DNA of 61,124 nucleotides from Octopus sinensis. Lineage: Eukaryota. The notes beneath the pieces are model-generated. The model worked only from the letters and a program-made list of their open reading frames with translations, did no database searches and was not told the DNA's origin. Positions 10,853 through 24,684 of this stretch are shown here, piece after piece. The stretch is from NCBI RefSeq assembly GCF_006345805.1, contig NW_021832395.1, positions 1 to 61,124 on the forward strand, in the 5' to 3' direction. Position 1 is the first letter of the stretch. Each line of letters opens with the position of its first letter. Both the position numbers and the translations under genes were made by a program.

Positions 10853-11360
10853 AGTTAAGTTAAGTTAAGTTAATTTTGGGCTCAAAAAGCAAAAGCAAGG
10901 CCATGTAGGGTGACATGGAGTTGTGTTCAGAGAGAGTCTTCATGCAAAGAGTTCAGGTCATTTCTGGTCAAGAGAGACTTTGAACCGAGCGGTCGTCGGC
11001 GTCTTCACTATCTCGTCCGGCAGTTTATTCCACTGATCAGCAACCCGGACGGAGAAAGCCCCTCTCCTTCGATTGAGATGAAATCGTTGCAGATACAGCT
11101 TTTCGGAGTGACCCCGCAGCCGACGCTCTGGAGCAGGAATGAAGAACAGCTCTTTCGAGGGGTTACACTTTCCGCTTATGATGTTGTGAGCGAGAATGAG
11201 ATCACCACGGCGTCGTCGTTTTTCTAGAGAATGAAGGTCGAGCGTCTTCAGCCTTTCTTCATAAGACAAATGCTTGAGACCAAGAATCATGCGGGTAGCC
11301 ATGGACTCTTTCGAGATGATGTATGTCTTTGAGGAGATAAGGAGAAGAGGCTTGAATACA
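10853..11360 (-). pseudogene. CR1-clade LINE 3' fragment with (TTAAC)n tail
   Basis: ATRMILGLKHLSYEERLKTLDLHSLEKRRRRGDLI...LRGH...FSVRV...WNKLP; tandem gttaa repeats at 10854-10873 mark the 3' end. Confidence 0.9.
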
Positions 11361-11495
11361 GAGTAGTAATACGGAAAAGAGAAGACAGAGAAAAGGCAAT
11401 TCTTATGCTATGAATTTTATAAGCTTACAGCTTTTTCTGCTATAAGTTTGCAGGGAACTTTTAGTTGAGTGCCTAAATGCCATTCTATAGCTTCA

Positions 11496-11925
11496 TAGGC
11501 GCAGGAATGGCTGTGTGGTAAGTATCTTGCTTACCAACCACATGGTCCTGGGTTCAGTCCCACTGCGTGACACCTTGGGCAAGTGTCTTCTACGATAGAC
11601 TCGGGCCGATCATAGCCTTGTGAGTGGATTTGGTCGACGGAAACTGAAAGAAGCCCGTCGTATATATATATATATATGTGTGTGGTGTGTGTGTGTGTGT
11701 ATGCATGTGTGAGTGTTTGTATGTCTGTGTTTGTATCCCCACCACGCTTGACAACCGATGCTGGTGTGTTTACGTCCCCGTAACTTAGCGGTTCGGCAAA
11801 AGAGAACCGATAGAATAAGTAATAGGCTTACAAAGAATAAGTCCTAGGGTCGATTCGTTCGACTAAAGGCGGTGCCCCAGCATGGCCGCAGTCAAAATGA
11901 CTGAAACAAATAAAAGAATAAAAGA
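11496..11925 (+). mobile_element. SINE family A
   Basis: Full head, body and tail match to other copies. Confidence 0.92.
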
Positions 11926-12507
11926 ATGAAGTACAATTTATTTAGGAAAAAAGGAATGACAATTCTGCAATATATAGGGAAGGCACTACCAGTGAGAAAT
12001 GCTTTGGTAATTCCTTCCCTATATATTTCAAAAATGTATTTCCTTTTTTTCTCAAATAATTTGCACTTTTATATTCGAAGTTCCGATGAAGTTATAGAAC
12101 GTTATTCACGCATTCAGTTTAGCGTCCACTGCATCTCATAGCCGAAACAGTTGTAAGCCAATGAAGTTCATAACATAACCATTGTTTTTCCAGCACCCTG
12201 TCGTACACACACACACACACACATGTAAATATATATATATACACATGATCGCAATTCCCAGAGTGGTGATCCGTTGTGTCCCAGGACAAACCGTTCCAGT
12301 TCATTTATTTGCAGTCCACTCAGCTGTAAATAGATAACTCAGTGATTGCTGACTCGTTCAGGGGATCGACAGCCTAACCAGTGAAGTGGCTCCAATCGAA
12401 ACCTATAAGAATGTGATGAAGCGTATTGTGACAAGCGATAGCCTGGCGATACGATGAAGCACATACCAACACACACACACATACATATAGATATATATAA
12501 TATATAT

Positions 12508-12541
<34 letters not shown>

Positions 12542-12542
<1 letters not shown>

Positions 12543-12710
12543 GGTACAGGAGGGGCTGTTATGGTGAGAAGCTTGCTTTCCAATCACATGGTTCCGAGTT
12601 CAGTCCCCACTGCGTGACACCTTGGGCACAAGTGTCTTCTACTATAGCCTCGGGCCGACCAAAGCCTTGTGAGTGGATTTGGCAGATGGGAACTAAAAGA
12701 ATCCTGTCGT
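12542..12710 (+). mobile_element. SINE family A, 5' half
   Basis: cacatggttccgagttcagtccc...gccttgtgagtggatttgg. Confidence 0.8.
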
Positions 12711-12872
12711 AAATATATTAAGTCATCAAGTATGAAATTTGTAGTAAGGTATATTGTAAACATTGATGGCTTCCCATTTTGTGCCATTATTATATTTTGA
12801 TAACCTTTATTTTTGTTAAAAAGCTGACACCTCAATTTCTTTATTGTAACTCATTTTGCGCTTTATAAAGTA

Positions 12873-13266
12873 CTAGCAGTATCGCCCGGCGTTGCTCGGG
12901 TTTGTAAGGGAAATAACTATATAAGCATTTTTAGAGATGTAAAGTATAATAGCCATCTCAATATGGCTAACCACAAAGGGGGGTGTTACTGTAGCTTTTT
13001 ACATTCTGAGATTTAATAATAAATTTTTAGAGAGTTACTTCCCTTATATATGCCCAAAATGCATTAAAAATGGGAAAAATTGATGGTAATTTTTTTTTAA
13101 GTCGTTGACTCATCGTAGACGCGCGCTAATACCCAGAATGGCTCGATAGGAATCACGACTATAAGATACCCGGTTTTGGTTAAACTGCACCGCAAAATGT
13201 GGGAGTAGTTAGGAATCTAAATCGTAGGAGACAGACAGCACACAACCTCACTTTTATATATAAAGA
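12873..13266 (-). mobile_element. Non-autonomous Helitron (complete, ~394 bp)
   Basis: Minus strand starts TC(TTTATATATAAAA) and ends CTAG; subterminal hairpin CCCGAGC-AAC-GCCGGG ~8 nt before CTAG; inserted between A and T with no TSD. Confidence 0.85.
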
Positions 13267-14016
13267 TTTATTTGTTTATTACTGTCTTTTTTTTATACAT
13301 TAATTAATTAATTTGTTTATTTTTTTCTGGGTTCAAATTCTGCCCTTTGGGTCGATTAAATAAGTACCATTTGAACAGTTGGTCGATATAATCGACTGTC
13401 TTATACCCACAAAAACTTCAGGCCTTATACTTATAGTAGAAAGATTTTATTTATTCTGTGTTGACAGAATATTTGTAGCATCAGAGAGAATACCATGCAG
13501 TATATTTTCTGGCTCTTTAATTTCCGGGTTCAAATCTAGCTAAAGTCAACTTTACCTATTATCATTTGTGTGGAAAGAAGGATAACAGGGTGACGCTACT
13601 TGCAGGGGGCGTTAGGAAGTTAAAGGAGTGGGGATTAAATTATCATCATCGTCTGAGTTCGATAAAAAAAAAAGTACAACCTACGTTCTAGAATCAATAG
13701 TATCGACTAATTTCTTCCCCTCGAAAACTTGATGGTGTTGTGTTTAAATTAGAATCGGTTTATTTTCATAGTTCAGCTGGTTCTTTAATTTCAGAGTTCA
13801 GATCTCACTAAGGACATCATTGCTTTTCATCCTTTAGGGATCGATAAAATAAAGAATCAATCAAGTAATGTGGGAGATGGTACTGATAAAATCTTTCCTT
13901 TCAATAACTGATGGCATTCATGAAAATGCTTACACATATACGGAGATAGATAGACAAACAGTTATCTATAATCACAAGACGCATACACATAAAAGCACGT
14001 GGATATTCATACACGT

Positions 14017-14516
<500 letters not shown>

Positions 14517-14805
14517 GTTATGTATCAGCGTGTATATATGTGTATATGTAAAAGATATGCGCACGGCTATGTTTTTCATGTTATGTATATTTTAGTATAC
14601 GGACATTAGATGATAAGATAAAATCGATATGTTAACAAAAGTACATCGTAGCATAACGTTCCGTATCGGTTGCCTCCCCTTTCGATGCTCAAACCCGTCT
14701 CTAATTCATCACCGATGACAAAATACGGGGTCTTAAAACCCTGGACAAATTTATAAACACGCAGACACACGCACGTGCTCAGACATGCATACACATAATT
14801 ATACA

Positions 14806-14861
14806 CGTAAACTTTCCCTTTATATATATATATATATATATATATAAAGGGAAAGTTTACG
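14806..14861. repeat. 56-bp palindrome centred on (TA)n
   Basis: cgtaaactttcccttt-(AT)n-aaagggaaagtttacg. Confidence 0.9.
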
Positions 14862-14943
14862 AAAATAAACAAAAGACGGAAGCAGGTGGTGTACAAACAA
14901 ACAAATGTATTAGTATAGCGCTCAGGAATAGAAATAGAAAAAG

Positions 14944-14981
14944 TCTTTTACGTTTCGAGCCTACGCTCTTCGACAGAAAGA
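14944..14981 (-). ncRNA. Minimal type-I hammerhead-like motif (variant core CUGUCGA)
   Basis: Minus: UCUUU-CUGUCGA-A-GAGC-GUAG-GCUC-GAAAC-GUA-AAAGA; stems I and II pair, stem III is palindromic ACGU. Confidence 0.65.
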
Positions 14982-15029
14982 TACACAGGGAGAGAAAAAA
15001 ATGCGTGTAGGAGCTAACGATCTAAGCAC

Positions 15030-15210
15030 ATAAATATGAAACAAGGTGGAGGAAAGAGGACACAAATACGAGAAGTAATATGCTTTATTTGAAAACAAGA
15101 GAAATATAACAAAAGCTGTTGCTCAGAGTTTCCCGTTCCTGTTCGTCGGGAACGTGAATCTCTTAGTAACAGCGTTTGTTATACTTCTGCTGCTTTTAAA
15201 TAAAGTATAT
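15030..15210. repeat. Fold-back cassette (same family as 57570-57790 and 60925-61124) with a degenerate hammerhead at the apex
   Basis: atatgctttattt...tataacaaaagctgttgct versus agtaacagcgtttgttata...aaataaagtatat; minus CCGACGA-ACA-GGAA-CGG-GAAACUCUGAG. Confidence 0.7.
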
Positions 15211-15225
15211 GTATATATATATATA

Positions 15226-15635
15226 CTCTTTACTCTTTTACTTATTTCAGTCATTTAACTGTGGCGATAGTGGTGCACCGCCATTAGTCGAGCAAATCAG
15301 CCCCTGGACTTATTCGTTGTAAGCCTGGTACTTATTCTATCCGGACTCTTTGGCCGAACCGCTAAGTTACAGGGTCATAAACACACCAACATCGGTTGTC
15401 AAGCGTTGGTGGAGAGACAAACAAAGACACACATACAAATACACACACACACACGCGCACATACACATGTATACACACATGTATGCGACTACTGGCTTCC
15501 ATGCAGGCTCCGTAAACTTAATCCAAGGGTCGGCCCGAGAATCTAGTAGAAGACACTCTTGCGAGGATCCGCGTAGTGTGTTAGAACCTTAAAACATGTA
15601 CTATAGAAGCGAATCCCTTAACCGCACATCCATGC
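15226..15635 (-). mobile_element. SINE family A, degenerate
   Basis: tactcttttactcttttac tail; gccgaaccgctaagttac body. Confidence 0.8.
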
Positions 15636-15999
15636 AGATCTCGAAATTAGGGGCCAACGCTATGTGTCATAATTGAAACCCCGCTTTGTCCATCTGTATG
15701 TAACTTCAATTAGACATGATATGGTTCCATGGTTTTACCAAGAATTTAGTTGAAAAATTTTGTCTAAAAGACGTCTTGAATTCTTGAAATTTGTCATTAA
15801 TAAAATCTGATCTAGCAGAGACTTCATTTCCGTATCCAGTATCTCTGTAATAAAAGCTTATATCGTTAAGCTAAACGTAATGAAAAGATATCATATCGGT
15901 TTACGTTTGGCTCTTTCAGAAACAAGATCTTTCCTAGTGTGCCGCCACGAATGGATTACCATCTGCTCAAATATTAGTGCAAATGCTACGAACTCGTAG

Positions 16000-16470
16000 A
16001 ATCGTTAGCATGTCGGACAAAATTCCCACCAGTATTTCTTCCGGCTCTTTATTTTCTGAGTTCAAATCTTGCGAAGTTAACTTTGCCTTTCGTGCCTTCG
16101 AGGTCGCTGAAATAAAGGGGTCGACGTAATCGACCTCCTTCTCCCCTCAAAATATTTGGCTTTGTATTTCCGTTACTGTCCGGTGTCCGTTTCATGGGGA
16201 TTGTTGTGATCCCTGTCAATTAAAAGTTTCTTTCTCGAGTCATCCTGATCAATACGGGCCGGTTTCCTGGTTTCCACGGCGGATAAATTCTCCACTTGGA
16301 TGGGACGCCAATCCGTCGCAGGATTACTCTTTTTTGCTAGATGAGCGGACTGGAGCAATGTGAAATGAAGTGTTTTGTTCAAGAACACATCGCATACGGT
16401 CCAGGATTCGAAACCACGATCTTGCGATCATGATTCCAACACCCGAATCACTAGACCACGCACCTCCACC
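16000..16470. mobile_element. Degenerate SINE B (~16000-16170, plus) followed by SINE D (~16175-16470, minus)
   Basis: ttctgagttcaaat...ctttgcctttc; gactggagcaatgtgaaatgaagtgttttgttcaagaacac. Confidence 0.7.
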
Positions 16471-16642
16471 TCGGTCAGTTACGTTTCATTGAAAACGGAT
16501 AACCGGCCTTATGAGTCCTGGGACGTGAGAAAAAGTACCATGCAAAAGAACAAGGGATATTCTGCATTGGTGTCTGATTCTGCTAGAAATAGTAACCAAA
16601 TCTTTTCGAATCACACTAACTTTTTATATAAAAAATAATAAA

Positions 16643-17045
16643 GGCGTAGGAGTGGCTGTGAGGTAAGTAACTTGCTTACAAACCGCATGGTTCCGGGTTC
16701 AGTCCCACTGCGTGGCTCCTTGGGAAAGTGTCTTCTAATATAGCCTCGGGCCGACCAAAGCCTTGTGAGTGAATTTAGTAGATGGAAACGGAAAGATGCC
16801 CGTCGTATATATGTATATATATGTGTGTATATGTTTGTATGTCTATGTTTGTCTCCCCAACATCACTTGACGTCCGATGCTGGTCTGTTTACGTCCCCGT
16901 AACGTAGTGGTTCGGCAAAAGAAACCGATAGAATAAGTACTAGGCTTACAAAGAATAAGTCCTGGAGTCGATTTGTTCGACTAAAGGCGGTGCTGTAGCA
17001 TGGCCACAGTTACAATACTGAAACAAGTAAAAGAGTAAAGAGTAA
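16643..17045 (+). mobile_element. SINE family A
   Basis: Full-length match. Confidence 0.92.
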
Positions 17046-17118
17046 TGTAGTATTAGATATATGCATAATGACTGACCAACAGTACGGGTGACACACAGGG
17101 CTATATTATTATACAAAA

Positions 17119-17482
17119 CTAGCACTATGACGCCGGGTCATAGTGTTAGTGCATGCATATACAGCTGCGTGCGTGCGTGCGCACATACATGCGAGTACTA
17201 TCCAAATCTCCCACCAATTACATACAATTAGCTGGCATTCAATTGGTGTATCAAGTTTCGAGCATTTTGATTGGGTTTTGGATAGAAAATTCACAAAAAA
17301 GTCACTTCTATTGATTTTTTAATGGCTTTGCTGGGTGACTGGGGAAATGTAAAGAGGTGCACGACCACCCTTGGACGGTTTTGAATTATCATAGAAAGTG
17401 CGAGCTCTCTAACTGAAAAATTGTGGATTTGTATAAAGGACACACACACACACACACATTTTGCCGTTTATATATAGAGAGA
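17119..17482 (-). mobile_element. Non-autonomous Helitron (second family, ~364 bp)
   Basis: Minus starts TC(TCTCTATATATAAA) and ends CTAG; hairpin cactatgac-gccgg-gtcatagtg at the 3' end; A/T insertion site; (CA)n near the 5' end. Confidence 0.75.
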
Positions 17483-20251
17483 TACAGCACAATATACAGA
17501 AAACCGTCACTCTCGAACGAGTAGCTTATCTTCACTAACTGTTGTATTTGTTTGTGTAGTCAGGAACGGATAAAGACTCTCACTCTATCCTCTCGCTTCT
17601 GATGCAACGACACAAGTAGGATGTGACAGCTGGGGGTAAGAGATAACTGGGCCATACCGGCTTGTACCCGTTTGTAGCTGAGTACAATGGAATAATGTGA
17701 AATAAAAACGAAATGTCTTGCTCAAGGTTATAACGTGTGAATTTATGATTGTGATCCGAATAGTCTTATTACTAAGCCAAGCGCCTTAACATATCTGAAT
17801 ACAGAGTTGCAGGATCAGTATGAACCTGGAAGAAAGCGATTCACAAAATTCATGAACGCGCACACGCACACACACACACACACACACAAAATTGACTTTA
17901 CAAAATTGACTTTACTTCTAAATATACTGATGAAGCATCGTATTTAATATCCAGGAGAAAATAATCTTATTAAAATATGTATTTCCTTGCTTAAAACAGT
18001 AGAATGTTATAAACGAGACCTTCGGTTTTTATTTCTTTTAGAAACAAGTTATTAACTCGTAACAAATCTATGTTTAATTTCAATGTATTCTTCAATATCA
18101 CTTCAGCATAAAATTTAGTTTAAAATAGCAAATTATTTGAATGACACGCATGATAGTTACTTAAATATAATTGTGTTTTACTGCTATGAACAGTTGATTC
18201 GTCAAAGCTAGCTTCATTTCCTTTACTTCAAAAGAAACAAGTGAAAACTTTATTACAAAATATTTCAGTTTTGTTCTCCTTCAGGTTATTCTAAGAAATT
18301 ATTTTTGCTATTTCTTGTGCAGCTTTATTGCTAAATTTAAAGAAAAATGTGTCAAGAAAAATTACTCAGAATGGTCAATGAGCACGTATCTGAACAGCAT
18401 AGACAAATGCAGGCTTATCAAATACGACATAAATTCTTCACTAATTAAAATTACCCCCTCCTCTAGAGGTTGTATCATAATTGTCAAATGACAACTAAGA
18501 CCAGATCTACTTGGGAAGGGGAGATAATCTCATGGCTCAAGAACTCTCCAAAATTGACATGTCACTAAGGAAAAGGAGTGGTTTAGTATTTCACCCTCAG
18601 TTACGTCCCTTAACTTAGTTTCTTTTATATTATGCAAATTGCGTAGGCCATAAATGTGTTCCACACTTTTTAGTACATGCTCAAGTCTCCCGGCTAATGA
18701 AGACAAGGTTGGATAATTGTGCTAATGACGGATATTGAGTCAAAAATACGTGTCTACGACTGCTCTCCAAACAATAAACCTGTTCCTGGTCCTTTAAGGC
18801 AAGTGAATTTTCGAGAAATTCTTGACTCTTGCGTTTATCTGCCCTTCTCAAGTGGAACTCGTTTTAATTGCCATTTGGTAATTATGATACGTCCTCTCGA
18901 GGAAGATATAATTTTAATAAATCAAGAATTTATGTTGTATGGTATTTGAAATACATTTCATGCCAGACATTGCTCAAACGAACGAAATGTCTCTATAAGA
19001 CATTAAGGACCTGTAGCACTTCAATGTCGAAAAACAGGGTCCCTAAGTGGAATAAATAACACTAAAATCATTGTTATAGCTCTGAGGTTAAGAAATTCCC
19101 TTTGCAAAAACGTACCTAAAGCTGTGATAAGTGTCTTGTGTCTTATACTACAATCCATGACTAATCAATGACTTGTAACTGAATTTGATAGACATATTCT
19201 GCGTGCACGCCTGGCTGGTTGTGTGGTAAGAAGCTTGCTTCCCAATCATATGGTCCCGGGTTCAGTCCCACTGGGCAAATCTCTTCTGCTATTGCCTCAG
19301 GCCGACTAAAACCTTGTGAGTGGATTTGGGAGACGAAAACTGAAAGAAGCTGATATTATTTTCCTTCCTAATTTTGACACAAGGCCAGCGATTTTGAGGA
19401 GAGAGGTTCGTTGATTACATCGTACACGAAAGGATGGAAGACTAAGTCGAACTCGGCGGAATTTGAAATAACTGTTACTATTAAAATATCAAAATAATTG
19501 TATCTATTTAAAGTGTAACACACAAAGATGTTTCTGGCACATAGCATTGTAAAAGCTTAAGCATTTTCTTGGAATCAGTTTTTGCGATTTCCGGTGACTA
19601 AAATAGTCGTTGCGAAATGTTAAGTGGCAAACCAAGTATTTACCTGTTCAGTCTTTCGTCACAAGAAGGCGGTGAGCTGGCAAAATCGTTAGCGCGTTGG
19701 ATTAGAGTGGCTTATGTTTTAACTTCAAATTCCTCCGAGCTAGACTTTGCATTTCGTTTTCTCGAGGTTTCGAGGTCGATAAAACAAGCGCCATTTGCGC
19801 ACTGGGATCGATGTAATAGATTTATCCATCTCCTCGAATCGCTGGCATCGTTCCAAATTTTAAAACCACTCTTCCTTGATAAGAGCACATAGTGTTAGGG
19901 AAGGCGTAAGTGGAGCTACGAAGTAAATGATCTTCCGTTTGCGTAAATGAGTTTGAGAAAGACAAGGAGAAATAGAGGAGAGAGTAAGAGAGAGAGAGAG
20001 AGAGAGAGAGTGGGGGATGAAATATTTTAGGAGTCCGAAGGGATCAAATAAGAAATAAACTTCAGCGTGATTTCAGCTCAGGACATTGAGGGACATTAAT
20101 ACAACAATATCCAACGCTCTAACGATTCATTACGAATTCACCGCTTTTAGGGACTTCCGATAACTTGAAGAATACGTAGCAAAAGGCCAAGTGTCTCAAT
20201 CAAGCCAAAATAGAAACAATATCATATCATGTCACACGTTGTAACACCACT

Positions 20252-20550
20252 ACCTATTTCTTTACTACCCACAAAGGGCCAAACACAGAGGGGACGAACA
20301 AGGACAGACAAACGGATTAAGTCGATTGCATCGACCCCAGTACGCAACTGGTACTTAATTAATCGACCCCGAAAGGATGAAAGGCAAAGTCGACCTCGGC
20401 GGAATTTGAACTCAGAACGTAACGGCAGACGAAATACCACTAAGCATTTTGCCCATCGTGCTAACGATTGTGCCAGCTGCCGCCATAGAAAGCTTATATA
20501 CGGCTACGCATTTCGCCCGGCGTGCAAACGCTTCTGCCAGCTCGCCGCCT
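20252..20550 (-). mobile_element. SINE family B plus an extra head fragment
   Basis: acctatttctttactaccc...gccagctgccgcc; second head at 20500-20549. Confidence 0.88.
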
Positions 20551-20816
20551 TGTAACAGCACTGCCTCCTTAGTAGTCTTTGGAGTTGATTTTATGCTAAT
20601 TAAATCATTTGGACCAGAGACTGGGTTTCCGTTATTTTCAACGGCAGACCTAAAACGGCTGCCTGGTTTGATAGCGTCATATTGTCGCAGAATGCCTTTG
20701 GTGGATTTCGATCAGCTGCAAATATTCACAGCACACAATCATTTCCCTCTGCGCCAATCTATTTAGTCATTCCAAATATAGAAATGGATCTAATTAAAAT
20801 TGGTTCACGGGGAAAT

Positions 20817-20994
20817 AGGCGCAAACACGCCTATGTGGTAAGAAAATTGCTTCTCTCTCAAAGGATTTCGGGTTCAATCCAGTTCCGTGGCACCTTAAGC
20901 ACGTGTCTTCTATTGTATTTCTTGACTGATGAAAGAATTATAAGCGGATTTGGTAGATGAAAGCTGAAAGAAGCCCATTGTATGTACCTGTGTG

Positions 20995-21031
<37 letters not shown>

Positions 21032-21324
21032 TGTATTATCTTATTCTTTTATTTGTTTCTGTCATTTGACTACGGCCATGTTGGAGCACCGCCTTTAGTC
21101 GAACGAATCGACTCCAGGAATTATTCTTTGTAAGCCTAGCACTTATTCTATCGGTCGTTTTTGCTGAACCGCTATGTTACGGGGACGTAAACACACCAGC
21201 ATCGGTTATCAAGCGGTGGTGGGGAAACAAACACAAATACACAATCATATACATGCATATAATATATATAGATATATATATATATACATATATATACATA
21301 CATACATATAATATATATATATAT

Positions 21325-21410
<86 letters not shown>

Positions 21411-21494
21411 TATGTATTTATGTATGTATGTATGTATGTATGTGAGTAAGTCTGGTAGACGGAAAATGGGCACAAATCCGTTGTTTGTGTGTGT

Positions 21495-21554
<60 letters not shown>

Positions 21555-21765
21555 TGTATGTGTCTTTGTATGCATATTTATTCCTCACTATTTGGCAACC
21601 GTTGTTAGTTTATTTACGTCTCCGGAAATTAGCAATTCGGTAAATGAAAAAAACCCCGATAGAATAAATACAGACTTAAAGATAAAATACTACCTTAAAA
21701 CTCTATCAGGGCGGTGCCCCCAGCATGGTCGTTGGCCAATGACAGAGTATATAAGTAAAGGGTAA
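20817..21765. mobile_element. Fragmented family-A SINEs in both orientations, separated by microsatellites
   Basis: 5' half plus 20817-20990; 3' half minus 21040-21240; 3' half plus 21450-21765. Confidence 0.75.
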
Positions 21766-22618
21766 ACAGTGAAAGGCGTACAGTTCTCTTAGTTCCTCTT
21801 CTAAAAGCGAGAGAAAAGAAAATATAAACAATGTATAACAGATTGAATAACAACGTTGTTTTATTAAGAATAATGACATTTTGCTCGAATTCTTGACACT
21901 TCACTGATTCCTTATTAAAATTACTCAAAGGGGACATAACAACGTTCAGATGATGACATACCGTAAGGAAAATACAAACTTTTACAATTCAATGGTTATT
22001 CTTTGTGTCGTCTTAGCTTTCCAACTTTCAACCATTTTTCCCTTTTAGTTTTCATCTTGTTTGATATTGTTTATGCTGTGTTTGTTACCTTACTATGGAT
22101 TTTTTTAATGTATTTTATATATGTATATATATTCATTCGTTTTCCTATTTGAGAATGGGCGGCACCAACTTGTTTCAAAGATGAGCGCGTTTTATGAAAA
22201 CAAAGACGCTTGGGCGAGACATTGCGGAGAAAAAGGTTTACGTTACGCTGTTTGCTGTTTGTGCTGTGTGATAGAGGAACAAATAGTTCACTACCTCCAA
22301 CACGTTTCCCTTCCACTCAACAAACATTATTTTCAATTGGCATACATCACAACATACTTTAAAACGGCCACAACGAATACAAATGCATGCATCTCACTCA
22401 CTATCTCTCACTGCCACACACACTCACTTTCTTCACACACATATACACACATACACACACACAGAAAACACAGAAACACATATATATGTATATGGGAAAT
22501 TATGACAAACACATGACGCAGGTTATACCATTTATTCTGAGGACTTGTCAGGCCATTGTAGCCATTTCCATGATTTAGCTTCACAAGTAGCAATCTTACA
22601 TCTTACAGTGCACTCATC

Positions 22619-22685
<67 letters not shown>

Positions 22686-22691
22686 GCATAT

Positions 22692-22750
<59 letters not shown>

Positions 22751-22803
22751 GCATATATACATACATATATGTACATACTTACATCTACATGTATATATAC
22801 AAG

Positions 22804-22885
<82 letters not shown>

Positions 22886-23042
22886 TTGAGTAGTTGAATG
22901 ATTTATCTTATTAAGGATAATTCGAAAGATAACCGATACCTGGGTAGCAAATTCACATCAGAAAGAACACGGTTGAAGTTACATCCCTAGGGCATAGACT
23001 ACGTGCTTTCGTGCGGAAATTTGTATGTTTATTTTAAAAATC

Positions 23043-23196
23043 TAAGTTTATGAAAGAATGGAGTTGAACGACTTGTTAACAAATTTCCTTTATTTTCGAC
23101 ATATTCGGAATTAGGAATATGCAGCCTTCGAAACATATGTCGAAAATAAAGGAAATTTGTTAACAAGTTGTTCAACTCCATTCTTTTATAAACTTA
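23043..23196. repeat. Fold-back cassette, 62-bp arms, in (TA)n, with the 3' half of a hammerhead (GAAAC-AUAU-GUC)
   Basis: taagtttatgaaagaatggagttgaacgacttgttaacaaatttcctttattttcgacatat versus 23135-23196 (2 mismatches); cgaaacatatgtc at 23129-23141. Confidence 0.88.
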
Positions 23197-23204
23197 TATA
23201 TATA

Positions 23205-23237
<33 letters not shown>

Positions 23238-23242
<5 letters not shown>

Positions 23243-23406
23243 TACAGGACACCACAAATAAACGTAGAACGAGAAACGAAAACAAAATCAAACAAGGAAA
23301 CGGACTTTTTTTTAACAACGAAAAAACAGAGTACAGGACAAACAATACAAGGAAAATTCCCCTTCATTTAGCTGTCCCTGGTTCGGCTCAATGCGTGTTT
23401 CGAAGG
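23238..23406 (-). repeat. TA-flanked repeat tail, related to 37700-37820; probable PLE 3' fragment
   Basis: Repeated gtacaggac motif; gtttcgaagg at the inner end. Confidence 0.5.
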
Positions 23407-23500
23407 TACACATGCATGTTGGTGCAAACAGGAAGAATAGAACTCTAAATATGAGTATATGTATATTTTTATTGATATTTAGTAGAAATAACAGCGTATG

Positions 23501-23530
23501 TCGATAAGTGCTAACGCACGAAACTCTTGA
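23501..23530 (+). ncRNA. Degenerate hammerhead-like motif
   Basis: UCGAUAA-GUGC-UAAC-GCAC-GAAAC; stem II is perfect, core and stem III are decayed. Confidence 0.35.
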
Positions 23531-23562
23531 ACCTTAGGTCACTATGTAATGTCTGTTAAATA

Positions 23563-23596
<34 letters not shown>

Positions 23597-23852
23597 TATA
23601 TATGTATATATATATAAATATAATAACATTTTAGGGAATAAATCTAAACTTACAGGGAAAAATCAGATTTAGGATTGAATCCAATTTTATAGTAAAATAT
23701 TATATTATATTAAATTAGAGATAAAACCACTATTAGGCAAATCAAACAATGAAAAACTTAAGCCAATACATAAAATTAATTAATTTATATTATTTTAAAT
23801 ATATATCAAAAGTATTAAAAGTTTAATAAGTATATATATATGCATATATATA

Positions 23853-23907
<55 letters not shown>

Positions 23908-23988
23908 TATATATATGTGTGTATGTATATATATGTATAATTATACATTTATACATATACATATATAATAATAATAATAATAATGATC

Positions 23989-24023
<35 letters not shown>

Positions 24024-24139
24024 AAATTCATTCGGATTTTAATCCTGTAGTATACTCACGGGTCCAGGTTATTTGAGATCGAAATTAGATGAAACAATTG
24101 TAAATCAAAGTAACAAAAGGACAAGTACGCTCCATTCTC

Positions 24140-24175
<36 letters not shown>

Positions 24176-24684
24176 TAGACATACATACACACACACATGT
24201 ATATGTGTATACTAAATATGCATTAGATAAATAATGCTAATTCGAATATTGTTGTTTTTTTTTTCTATAAGGACGGGGTGTCTAAGTAATTAACCTCATT
24301 GTCGTTTTTATTCCTTTATCAATAGAGATTGATGAGTGGATTGGAAATGGGGAAGAAACGACTTCATGTGATGCCCTCTACCAACCTCACTATTAGCACT
24401 AAAAAACCCGAACAGTGAAGGGCCGATCGATATGTTGAAAATGGCAAACATATTTCATCACGTGAAAGCCTCGCACTGAGCAAAGTAGGCCAAGATAAAA
24501 ACAACGACCCGATTGTCGTGGTTGGAACGTCTATTTTAATGAATCAGTACTGAGCTGGGAACTTTAGCAACCACAAACATTATGACAAACATCAGCAAAC
24601 GTATCTCAAAATTGCCTCAAATCAGCATCTTGCCTCCCATCAAAATTGTATAGAAGTATAGGATAATGTAATAATGATGTGAAA

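Noticed and set aside
18660-19030. Possible degraded GIY-YIG endonuclease on the minus strand (KTSS...DKRKSQE...LKDQ)
   Set aside because: Similarity too weak and interrupted to call without a profile search
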